Translations under genes and position numbers: made by a program
NCBI GenBank assembly: GCA_003671255.1
Contig: QWPF01000001.1
Location: 27,479 to 91,478 of the forward strand
Direction: 5' to 3'
DNA from: Planctomycetota bacterium
Lineage (GTDB): Bacteria > Planctomycetota > Planctomycetia > Gemmatales > Gemmataceae
Length of the DNA stretch: 64,000 bases
Shown here: positions 56,928 to 64,000 of the stretch, piece by piece
How positions within the stretch are numbered: the stretch's first letter is position 1
How the letters are laid out: every line of letters begins with the position of its first letter
The notes under the pieces: generated by a model
Database searches by the model: none
The model's input: only the letters and a program-made list of their open reading frames with translations
Told to the model about the DNA's origin: nothing

Positions 56928-57293
56928 TTAACGGGCTGGATACACATAAGAGTTGGAACCATAATAGTAGAAATAATTTGGATGGTTTTGTGCGCCTAGT
57001 TGGCCATTGCCTTGTTGGTTTGCAGGAGGCGCTTGATAGTTTGCGCCCGGCCAATAAGGGTAAGCCATTGGTGCGATTGGTTGATTGATTGCTTCAGATG
57101 GCCAATAGGTATACCAAGGAGCCAAGGGTGGAACCGGGGGATGCCTTTTGTTGTAGTGTGCATGATGATGGGGCATTTGGTACCAATGGCTTAATAAAAC
57201 TCCCATCTGTCCTTGAGCTGTGTAAAGCATTTCTGCCTTGACGCTGGGTACTGTAATAAGAGCGATCAAAATTCCTAGAACGATTTTCTTCAT
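56928..57293 (-). CDS. Small secreted Tyr/Pro/His/Asn-rich protein
   Basis: Signal peptide MKKIVLGILIALITVPSVKA. Mature part includes HWYQMPHHHAHYNKRHPPVPPLAPWYTYWP...AYPYWPGANYQAPP...NYFYYYGSNSYVYPAR. Confidence 0.6.
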   Translation of the reverse strand: MKKIVLGILIALITVPSVKAEMLYTAQGQMGVLLSHWYQMPHHHAHYNKRHPPVPPLAPWYTYWPSEAINQPIAPMAYPYWPGANYQAPPANQQGNGQLGAQNHPNYFYYYGSNSYVYPAR

Positions 57294-57350
57294 GTTGCAC
57301 CTTTTAATTAAAACATTTTGAGTTTAAACGATTGAGTTAGTAATGCTTGA

Positions 57351-57698
57351 TTATCTGCCATACCAATAGCTGGGCATCATAGTGTTGGGCATAGCGGGGT
57401 AGTAATGATAACCTGCGGTTGGTTGTTCAGCAGAAGTGCCGCCCTGCCCTGGATTTTGTTGTTGCCAGAAATTAGGGTAGCCATAGCTTTGATTGGCCGG
57501 AGTGAAGTAGGGCGCAGGCGTATTGAATTGGCTCATGAGTGGGGAATATCGCGCTACATAGCCATAGTGCCTACCGAAAAAATTCGGATACTGTTTTTCC
57601 ATCCCACCCGAATAATGATATCTGCCGTCTGCAGAAGCAGTCTGGGCAATGCCCAAGGTTAGTAATCCTAAAGCGAAAACAAAAAAAATCTTTTTCAT
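57351..57698 (-). CDS. Small secreted Tyr/Pro/Gln/Asn-rich protein (tandem neighbour of 56928-57293)
   Basis: Signal peptide MKKIFFVFALGLLTLGIAQTASA. Mature part includes YPNFFGRHYGYVARY...APYFTPANQSYGYPNFWQQQNPGQGG...YHYYPAMPNTMMPSYWYGR. Confidence 0.6.
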   Translation of the reverse strand: MKKIFFVFALGLLTLGIAQTASADGRYHYSGGMEKQYPNFFGRHYGYVARYSPLMSQFNTPAPYFTPANQSYGYPNFWQQQNPGQGGTSAEQPTAGYHYYPAMPNTMMPSYWYGR

Positions 57699-57866
57699 GA
57701 TGATACCTGATGCAAGGTTGAAAGTAGTTTTAGCCTATGCATCAAGTGTTCAACATGAATCATTAATCAAAATTTAAAAAAGGCCAAAGAGTGTAAAAAT
57801 GTGGTGATTCAATTCCTACAATCAACAGGTGTGATAAAGTCGTAACTGAGTTTTTTTAATATAGGA

Positions 57867-60584
57867 TCAAAAATCGATCTTCAGGAGCATAAGGCCGTTA
57901 GATTCCGGATAAATGGTAACGCTGTCATCGCGAATAGAGAGATCGCCTTGGTCATTGTTCTGTAAATCGAGGAAGCAAGCTCGCTTGGGTGTTTTGACGC
58001 AACGGATATCGCATGGGGTGGCAAAGCCTTCTGTTTCTTCTAAAAGCAGGTAAGCCGATGATTCATCTGCTTTGAATGAGATTTGGTGTAGAACCAGATT
58101 GGGTGCATCAATGTGAAAAAACCAGCCAGTTGGCCCGGCAGGTGGGGCACCTTTACTCACTTTTTGTATGTAAATGGGAGAATCCAATGCCATTGCCATT
58201 TGGAATGGGTGATCACGATCCATGCTCAGGCCGATGCTGAAGTGTGTTTGATTTTCTCCTTCGGTGACTAAAAGGGTATCGATCATTCTGTCGCCTTGCT
58301 TTTCGAAATATGAAAGGCCTCTGTTGAAGAGAAAAGTTTTTCTAGCACCCCACTTCCATTCAATAAAGTCGCAGCTTTCCATGCGTAGATTTTGTGTAGA
58401 TGCAGTTCTGCCTTCGTGTCCACGATGCATAGCTAATTGGTCAAGAGGCCATGCAAATCTAGATGCGATATAATTAGACCAGCGGTCCCCCCGTAATGGT
58501 TCGGTGGGGTGTATCTCGATGTTAATTTCCAGCATTGGTCTGCCAAGCCAGGCGCGAATGGTCTGTTTGAATTTTGCGATGACTTCTTGATTGGTGCCTG
58601 TGATTGTTCCTTCGGATTGGATTTCGCCGAAGAGTGGACCAGTGGAACTGACGCGAATGATATCAGCTTTCATAGTGCTGCCCACATTGGCAACAAGTTG
58701 CTGGCTAAGTCGGTTCGCTCTGGTTTTTAAATCTCGAAAGGCTTTTAATCCGCCAGAATTTCGATCGATCTCGGCTTCAAAAAATTCGTTTCTGACAGAG
58801 TTTTCGTCTGCAAGTTTAAATTTGTTGGAGAATTTTGGAGGGTTTGCTGTATCAGCAAGAGGCACCCAAGTGTAGCCCAAGCCTGGAACTTCAATAATGG
58901 ATTCTGATTTGTCCAATGATTGGTTGGATGCCAACACACCTTTGGCAGACTGCGGTCCGGATGAACTTTCAGTTTCCATGCCAATTCTTCGGGTGAAGCT
59001 GCAAGGGTTTATTAAGAGGATACCATTTTTCCCTTCTTCGCCCCTTTGGAGAATGCGGTCGGCTAGCAACCCCCCTGCCCTTTGGAATAGTTCCGAAGCT
59101 TGTTGATGGATTATCAAAGGATTTTGTTCTGCTTCAGATTCCGCTTTTGTCCAATCAGATGCAAATTGGCGCACGGATTCTGATTGGTTCGAACCCAAAA
59201 CATTTAGGATGGATGCAAGGTTGCTGGCGCAATCAAGGGCCCTGCGGTTTTTTAAATGATTGATTTGACCTGAAATTGGTGAATTTGAATGCAGTTGTAG
59301 AGTTTCAGTTTTGAAATCATCTTGAGCAATCGGACCAGGATATTCTGATGGGTATACTTCATGAAGATAATTTGACATGGTTAGCCAGTTGCCGAAAATC
59401 GGTGCGAGGCTGTTGGCTTTTAATAAGTAATTGTAAAAAATCGAACTGTTCGGGGTTGTTTTAAAGAATGCCAGAGTGGGTGAGCTATCTTGTTGCAGAA
59501 GTTTTCCCAAGTGGAATGCCAAATGAAAAAAAGTGTGATTAGTTGAAGAACTAAAAGGTTCCCTGCAAAAAGTTTCAATCTGCCTTCCGACACTTGATGA
59601 CCAGCTAAACACTGGCCCGCGAAAAGTGGGAACATTGTTTTCGCCATGTGGCATTAGTAATGCTTTGCTGAAGCCTGCAAGATGAAGCACTCTGGGAGTG
59701 TCAGCAGAAAGCCCCTGGGTGGTTTTTGCAAATATTTTGACTTCCTTGCCCACAAGGTTAAGCAGTGTTTCCCTTCCCTTTTTTAAATTCCACACCCTTG
59801 ATGTTAGAGGGCCAACCGTTTCGGGATGGTCAGTGAATAGCCCACCACAAATTTCCACCTGATCCGAATTAAACCAGTCCTTGATTTGTTCTAATTCAAG
59901 GGGAGGTAGTTCAGATAATTCTTTGGCGCTGGCTATGATGTTTACTGGATTGCCGGTTACTATATTTGGGATTAAAAGTCCTGCCAGATTTTTAATGGGT
60001 GCAAAATCCAGTAGGTGGATACTTGAGGAATGCAATACTTCTCTGCCACTTTGTATAAGTGCGCAGGCGTTTCGTAGATTTTCTTTTGCACCTTCCCAGT
60101 CGTTTTGAAGATACTTGTTGGAAGCTTGTACACATTCTTCCCAGATTGATTCGTGTGAAAGAAGATTCTCGTGCTGCATTGCTTCGAAAAGGCTATTTAC
60201 CATCAAGTATGCAAAGCCCACCGCAAAAAAGGTATCTATCTCAGGTGATTGAGTTGCTATTGTTTCATTATGAATGGTTTTTAACAACTCCCCAAGTTTT
60301 TGAATTGTTTCTGCTTTTTCTGAACAAGCTGTAAAAGTATTCTTGTTTGTTATCCCATGTGATTCATTGTTTGATAAATCTACCAGGCATACGAGTGATT
60401 GGTCATCGATTTCGTGGGTATCTTGGTAGCTGATAACTTTGGGTGGCTTGATCGATTTTGTAATGGCATTGGGGTGCCAAAGAGATAGATAGCCATTTAG
60501 AATTTGCGCCACCAATTCTTCATCAAGATAAAGGTTGTTGGTGGTTGGAATTGCATGTTGTGAAACAAGGTAGCATGAACTCAT
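57867..60584 (-). CDS. Large cytoplasmic hypothetical protein, distantly GH38 (alpha-mannosidase)-like in layout
   Basis: 905-aa uninterrupted ORF with no signal peptide. QVEICGGLFTDHPETVGPLTSRVWNLKKGRE resembles the GH38 G-R-x-E-x-x-GG-W-V-x-x-D segment. NEFFEAEIDRNSGGLKAFRDLKTR resembles the GH38 C-terminal region. Catalytic boxes were not found. Confidence 0.55.
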   Translation of the reverse strand: MSSCYLVSQHAIPTTNNLYLDEELVAQILNGYLSLWHPNAITKSIKPPKVISYQDTHEIDDQSLVCLVDLSNNESHGITNKNTFTACSEKAETIQKLGELLKTIHNETIATQSPEIDTFFAVGFAYLMVNSLFEAMQHENLLSHESIWEECVQASNKYLQNDWEGAKENLRNACALIQSGREVLHSSSIHLLDFAPIKNLAGLLIPNIVTGNPVNIIASAKELSELPPLELEQIKDWFNSDQVEICGGLFTDHPETVGPLTSRVWNLKKGRETLLNLVGKEVKIFAKTTQGLSADTPRVLHLAGFSKALLMPHGENNVPTFRGPVFSWSSSVGRQIETFCREPFSSSTNHTFFHLAFHLGKLLQQDSSPTLAFFKTTPNSSIFYNYLLKANSLAPIFGNWLTMSNYLHEVYPSEYPGPIAQDDFKTETLQLHSNSPISGQINHLKNRRALDCASNLASILNVLGSNQSESVRQFASDWTKAESEAEQNPLIIHQQASELFQRAGGLLADRILQRGEEGKNGILLINPCSFTRRIGMETESSSGPQSAKGVLASNQSLDKSESIIEVPGLGYTWVPLADTANPPKFSNKFKLADENSVRNEFFEAEIDRNSGGLKAFRDLKTRANRLSQQLVANVGSTMKADIIRVSSTGPLFGEIQSEGTITGTNQEVIAKFKQTIRAWLGRPMLEINIEIHPTEPLRGDRWSNYIASRFAWPLDQLAMHRGHEGRTASTQNLRMESCDFIEWKWGARKTFLFNRGLSYFEKQGDRMIDTLLVTEGENQTHFSIGLSMDRDHPFQMAMALDSPIYIQKVSKGAPPAGPTGWFFHIDAPNLVLHQISFKADESSAYLLLEETEGFATPCDIRCVKTPKRACFLDLQNNDQGDLSIRDDSVTIYPESNGLMLLKIDF

Positions 60585-60719
60585 AGAATCAGTATCCCAA
60601 AAAACAAATACCCGGGGCGAAAGATTCGCTCCAGGTTAAAGAGAATGTTCTATTAAGATTTTAAAAGGAAAAGGGCGTAATTTGTAATAAATAGTTTCAA
60701 TAAACTGAAATATTGTGAA

Positions 60720-60959
60720 TTAATTACTGCCCGGGCCGCCTGCGCCTGCACCTTTTAAGCCCGTTTTGTTTACATCCTTGTTCATTGCTTTTTTGATCGG
60801 CTCATTATTCAAAGTTCCTTTCGGATACTGAATAGGCTGGCTAAATCTTTTGTCTTCTACAGGCGGAACCTTAAACTCCTCAGGCTTTTTGGGTGGCTTG
60901 AGATTATCTGTGGTTGTGCACCCCAGAAAAAGGTATACCAGTAAGGGAGCAGCACGCAT
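60720..60959 (-). CDS. Small lipoprotein, hypothetical
   Basis: Internal ATG gives MRAAPLLVYLFLGC (lipobox). Lys/Pro-rich mature part. Confidence 0.5.
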   Translation of the reverse strand: MRAAPLLVYLFLGCTTTDNLKPPKKPEEFKVPPVEDKRFSQPIQYPKGTLNNEPIKKAMNKDVNKTGLKGAGAGGPGSN

Positions 60960-61061
60960 TCCCGTGCCTATTATTTCCCTCATGAATTCAGGCTCCTAAT
61001 TTGAAATATCCATTCAACTCTGGAAGCCATTTACCTTCAACTTGCAAACCTTGCAATAGCA

Positions 61062-61099
61062 AAAGAGCCATTTCGGATAATTGTCCGAAATGGCTCTTT
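61062..61099 (-). terminator. Intrinsic terminator downstream of sodA
   Basis: 16-bp perfect stem AAAGAGCCATTTCGGA / TCCGAAATGGCTCTTT, loop TAATTG. T-run follows on the minus strand. Confidence 0.75.
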
Positions 61100-61124
61100 A
61101 AGTTTCGAAATTTACTTCAACTTG

Positions 61125-61733
61125 CTACTTGGCTTTGTCAAAACTAGCGCCTATTTCTTTCCAGTTCGCTACATTCCACCAAGCTTCAACATAATCTGCC
61201 CGCTTATTTTGGTAACGCAGGTAGTATGCGTGCTCCCAAACATCGACGCCAAACAATGGGGCTTTACCTTGCATGATTGGGCTGTCTTGATTGCCTGTAT
61301 GCGTGATTTCTAGCTTGCCATTACTCATTACAAGCCATGACCATCCTGATCCAAATCTAGCAAGTGCAGCTTCTTTAATTTTGGTTTTTAAAGTTGCAAA
61401 ATCACCGAAAGTGGATTTGATAGCTTCCGCTAAAGAACCCGTGGGTTCGCCTCCGCCATTGGGGCTCATGGTTGTCCAAAACAGGGTATGGTTAGCGTGA
61501 CCGCCCCCATTATTGATGACTTTTTGGCGTATTGCTTCAGGGATGGTTTGGATTTCCCTTAGAAGTTGTTCGATTGTTTTGGCTTGCAAAGCAGGTTGAT
61601 CCGCCAAAGCTGCATTTAAGTTATCAACATAAGCTTTATGATGCCTGCCATGGTGAATTTCCATGGTCAGTTTATCGATTGCTTTTTCAAGAGAATCAGC
61701 GGGATATGGAAGGCTGGGTAGTTCAAACGCCAT
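61125..61733 (-). CDS. sodA: Superoxide dismutase, Mn-type
   Basis: FELPSLPY, EIHHGRHHKAYV, NNGGGHANHTLFW and TGNQDSP (Mn-type signatures), DVWEHAYYLRYQNKRADY. Confidence 0.92.
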   Translation of the reverse strand: MAFELPSLPYPADSLEKAIDKLTMEIHHGRHHKAYVDNLNAALADQPALQAKTIEQLLREIQTIPEAIRQKVINNGGGHANHTLFWTTMSPNGGGEPTGSLAEAIKSTFGDFATLKTKIKEAALARFGSGWSWLVMSNGKLEITHTGNQDSPIMQGKAPLFGVDVWEHAYYLRYQNKRADYVEAWWNVANWKEIGASFDKAK

Positions 61734-62108
61734 TTTTAAATGCTCCTGTACTTAAGTTCACTCTTCTAATAATAAGCATACGGAAAAAATCGTAACACAG
61801 ACGATTCTTTACTCTTAGCTAAAGTACCATTTTCTAACCTTGCAGCAAAAAGAAAAGAACTCTTTATTTAATTCTCTCTGAGCGACCTGAATGTATCTTC
61901 TCATTTTATTACGGTACAATAAAGGTTTATCACTACGGCAAAACAGGGTGATTTTCATGCCAATTCATACCCTCTCGACTGGCATTTAAGTAATTAAAAA
62001 GAGAGGGTTCAAAAGGCAAAATAAAGTTCAGATTTGTAGAAAAGGCGCTAGACAAACTTCATCTTCTTGCTATTGATACGCTTGATAACAGCTTAAATTG
62101 AAGGCGGG

Positions 62109-62417
62109 GTGATTGTGGACAGTTCCTGGAAAAGCGTCGTTGAGAACATTGAAAATACTTTGAATGATTGCCTATTGAAAATTGGTGACACCGGAGGTGA
62201 ATTGGAAGGCTTTGCTAGACAAGAAGTTGGTGCATCGAAACATATCGCTTTTCAGGAAACGATCCGAAATAATCTGGGCAAAATAGAAATTGCTTTGAAT
62301 AAAACTTACTCACAATTTAATATCCTTTCTCTAGAGATGGAATCCGCTGCTGATGCTCTGCGTGATTGGATCGGCAAAGCTCAGCAATGCCAAGATAAAG
62401 TCAAATCCATCGACTGA
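62109..62417 (+). CDS. Small hypothetical helical protein
   Basis: GTG start after GGCGGGG. 102-aa ORF directly upstream of ispD. No motif recognised. Confidence 0.4.
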   Translation: MIVDSSWKSVVENIENTLNDCLLKIGDTGGELEGFARQEVGASKHIAFQETIRNNLGKIEIALNKTYSQFNILSLEMESAADALRDWIGKAQQCQDKVKSID

Positions 62418-62446
62418 TTGAATAGTTTAAGACAAAAGAGGATACG

Positions 62447-63184
62447 ATGGCCAAGTTCGCTGTTATCCTGCCTGCTGCAGGAAAATCAACTCGGTTCAGT
62501 GATAAAGAAAAAAAGCCATATGCTGCATTAGATGGCAGGCCTGTTTGGCTTAGAACCGCAGAACTCTTTGTTTCTCGAGCTGATGTTTGCCAATGCATTC
62601 TTGTGATTGATCCTTCTGATGAGGAAATGGTAAAGCGCAAATATGGTGCGAACATGGCTTTTTTGAATATCTCTTTGGTGCATGGTGGATCAGAGCGTTT
62701 TCAATCCGTTGCTAACGCTTTAAAAATGTTAAAAGATGAAATAGAGTTTGTTGCGATTCATGATTCTGTACGCCCTTGTGTAACTAGCGAAATGATTGAT
62801 CGGGTATTTCAACAGGCTACCAAGTCTGGAGCGGCAATATTAGCCCTTCCCATGACCGATTCGCTGAAACGCGGGAGCATTACTGAACCCGTGATTATTG
62901 AACAATCTCTTCCCAGAGAGAGGCTATGGCTGGCGCAGACTCCTCAAGTTTTCAGCAAAGAAATTATTCTTAAGGCTTTCGAAAATGTTCCTAAAGGTGC
63001 TACCGATGATAGTCAGGTTGTCGAAGCCACAGGGGCTAAAGTTTCAATTGTTGTTGGTTCCTCGAGCAATATTAAAATCACCACAATAGATGATTTGTTT
63101 CTTGCAGACTCTATTCTTAAGTCTAGGCCCAAACCCAAGGCTAATGCTTCTGTACATCCTTTTGCAGATGATATGTTCCGTTAA
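62447..63184 (+). CDS. ispD: 2-C-methyl-D-erythritol 4-phosphate cytidylyltransferase
   Basis: AVILPAAGKSTRF, GGSERFQSVANAL, VAIHDSVRPCV, LAQTPQVF. Confidence 0.9.
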   Translation: MAKFAVILPAAGKSTRFSDKEKKPYAALDGRPVWLRTAELFVSRADVCQCILVIDPSDEEMVKRKYGANMAFLNISLVHGGSERFQSVANALKMLKDEIEFVAIHDSVRPCVTSEMIDRVFQQATKSGAAILALPMTDSLKRGSITEPVIIEQSLPRERLWLAQTPQVFSKEIILKAFENVPKGATDDSQVVEATGAKVSIVVGSSSNIKITTIDDLFLADSILKSRPKPKANASVHPFADDMFR

Positions 63185-63202
63185 TTGAAATGTGTGAAAA
63201 CT

Positions 63203-63829
63203 ATGCACCCCGCTCTTAAAGTTTTAGATACACCAATGGTTTCGCATTGGTTGTGTAATCTTAGAAATAAAAACTCTAGCAATCTTCTTTTCAGGCATGC
63301 CGTCGAGTTACTCTCACAGGCCGTGTTCCTTGAAGCTGCATCTAATTTTGATTTGAAAAAGTCTTCTTTTGAAACGCCCGTGGGCCCGGCAATCGGATAT
63401 CTTGTAAATCAAGACTTTGCAATTGTTCCGATTCTTAGAGCCGGGATTGGCATGGTTGATCCCATTTTACGATGGATGCCGGATGCTCGGGTTTATCATC
63501 TAGGTGCTTGTCGCAATCATGATACACTTCAGCCCGAATTTTATTACGATAAGCTACCTCAGGATATGTCCAAGTTTCATTGCCTGGTTCTTGACCCCAT
63601 GCTTGCAACCGGGGGATCCGCTTTAGAAACCATTAGGCGACTTCGTAAAAGTGGTGTCAGGAAGATAAACTTTCTCGGCTTGATTGGGTCGGAAAATGGG
63701 GTTGCAAATCTGCATGCCGAGTTTCCTGATGTTTCTATCACTCTTGCAGCGTTGGATGAGGAATTAAATAATAGGGGTTATATCTGCCCTGGTTTGGGAG
63801 ATGCGGGCGATCGGTTTTTTAACACTTAA
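63203..63829 (+). CDS. upp: Uracil phosphoribosyltransferase
   Basis: ILRAGIGMVD, PRPP loop VLDPMLATGGSA, C-terminal GYICPGLGDAGDRFF. Chose the ATG at 63203 rather than the TTG at 63185. Confidence 0.9.
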   Translation: MHPALKVLDTPMVSHWLCNLRNKNSSNLLFRHAVELLSQAVFLEAASNFDLKKSSFETPVGPAIGYLVNQDFAIVPILRAGIGMVDPILRWMPDARVYHLGACRNHDTLQPEFYYDKLPQDMSKFHCLVLDPMLATGGSALETIRRLRKSGVRKINFLGLIGSENGVANLHAEFPDVSITLAALDEELNNRGYICPGLGDAGDRFFNT

Positions 63830-64000
63830 GAGTTTGGCGCCTTTTTTTCAAAACTCGTTAGAGCATTGTCTTCCCATGAAGTTGGATCTTCTATAGGCTC
63901 GGCGTGAATTTGTACCTGACAATCTTTGATTTGCAATTTGATGGCCTGTTCGATTTTTTCCATCAGTTGATGCCCCACTTTGATGCTTAACAACCCGGGC
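63826..64000 (-). CDS. C-terminal end of a cation diffusion facilitator (CDF)-like transporter (5' part runs off the right window edge)
   Basis: My minus-strand translation reads ...PGLLSIKVGHQLMEKIEQAIKLQIKDCQVQIHAEPIEDPTSWEDNALTSFEKKAPNS*. The H-x-x-x-x-x-IE...V-x-IH-x-EP pattern is typical of CDF cytoplasmic domains. Its stop overlaps the upp stop within the palindrome CTTAAG. Confidence 0.5.
   Translation of the reverse strand, partial: PGLLSIKVGHQLMEKIEQAIKLQIKDCQVQIHAEPIEDPTSWEDNALTSFEKKAPNS

Noticed and set aside
1-64000. Mobile element, prophage, defence island or CRISPR content
   Set aside because: I recognised no transposase, integrase, recombinase, restriction-modification, toxin-antitoxin or Cas-like ORFs, no spaced direct-repeat array, and no flanking inverted repeats. 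The tRNA-Arg has no adjacent integrase. The window reads as core chromosome.

Overview
This is a densely coding chromosomal segment with short spacers and no transposase, integrase, CRISPR array or rRNA. The gene content points to a Planctomycetota/PVC-type genome. It has a PSCyt1-type cytochrome c domain fused to WD40 repeats, a DUF1549/DUF1553 (PSD1-type) protein, and a PVC-type membrane-bound-dehydrogenase/HEAT/CxxCH heme protein. It also has a giant secretin and many secreted or lipoprotein hypotheticals. Recognisable housekeeping genes:
- dnaA; an adjacent type IIA topoisomerase A/B pair; a TrmJ-like methyltransferase; an Aas-like acyltransferase/acyl-ACP synthetase
- cobL-type precorrin methyltransferase; yjbQ; an RluA-family pseudouridine synthase; selB-selA; queF
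- a folK-SDR fusion; purine nucleoside phosphorylase; a TIGR01212 radical SAM protein
- Mn-type sodA; ispD; upp; one tRNA-Arg(TCG)

Two partial genes run off the window edges: PP2C phosphatase at the left and a CDF transporter at the right.

The most unusual locus is a two-gene unit on the minus strand, bracketed by strong intrinsic terminators. It encodes a 1034-aa M1 zinc peptidase fused to an Omp85/BamA-like C-terminal barrel, followed by a 1781-aa secretin. The N-terminal ~1200 residues of the secretin include at least seven copies of a ~50-aa helical module.

Other points of interest:
- a HPPK-SDR fusion in which the SDR catalytic Tyr reads Phe
- four small secreted Tyr/Pro/Gln/Asn-rich proteins at two loci
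- an exact 18-nt repeat in two 5' regions, one ending 5 nt before the dnaA start codon
- a three-part Clp_N-like/ThiE protein
- a GH38-like protein without the usual catalytic boxes

All functional calls come from reading motifs by eye. No database search was run.
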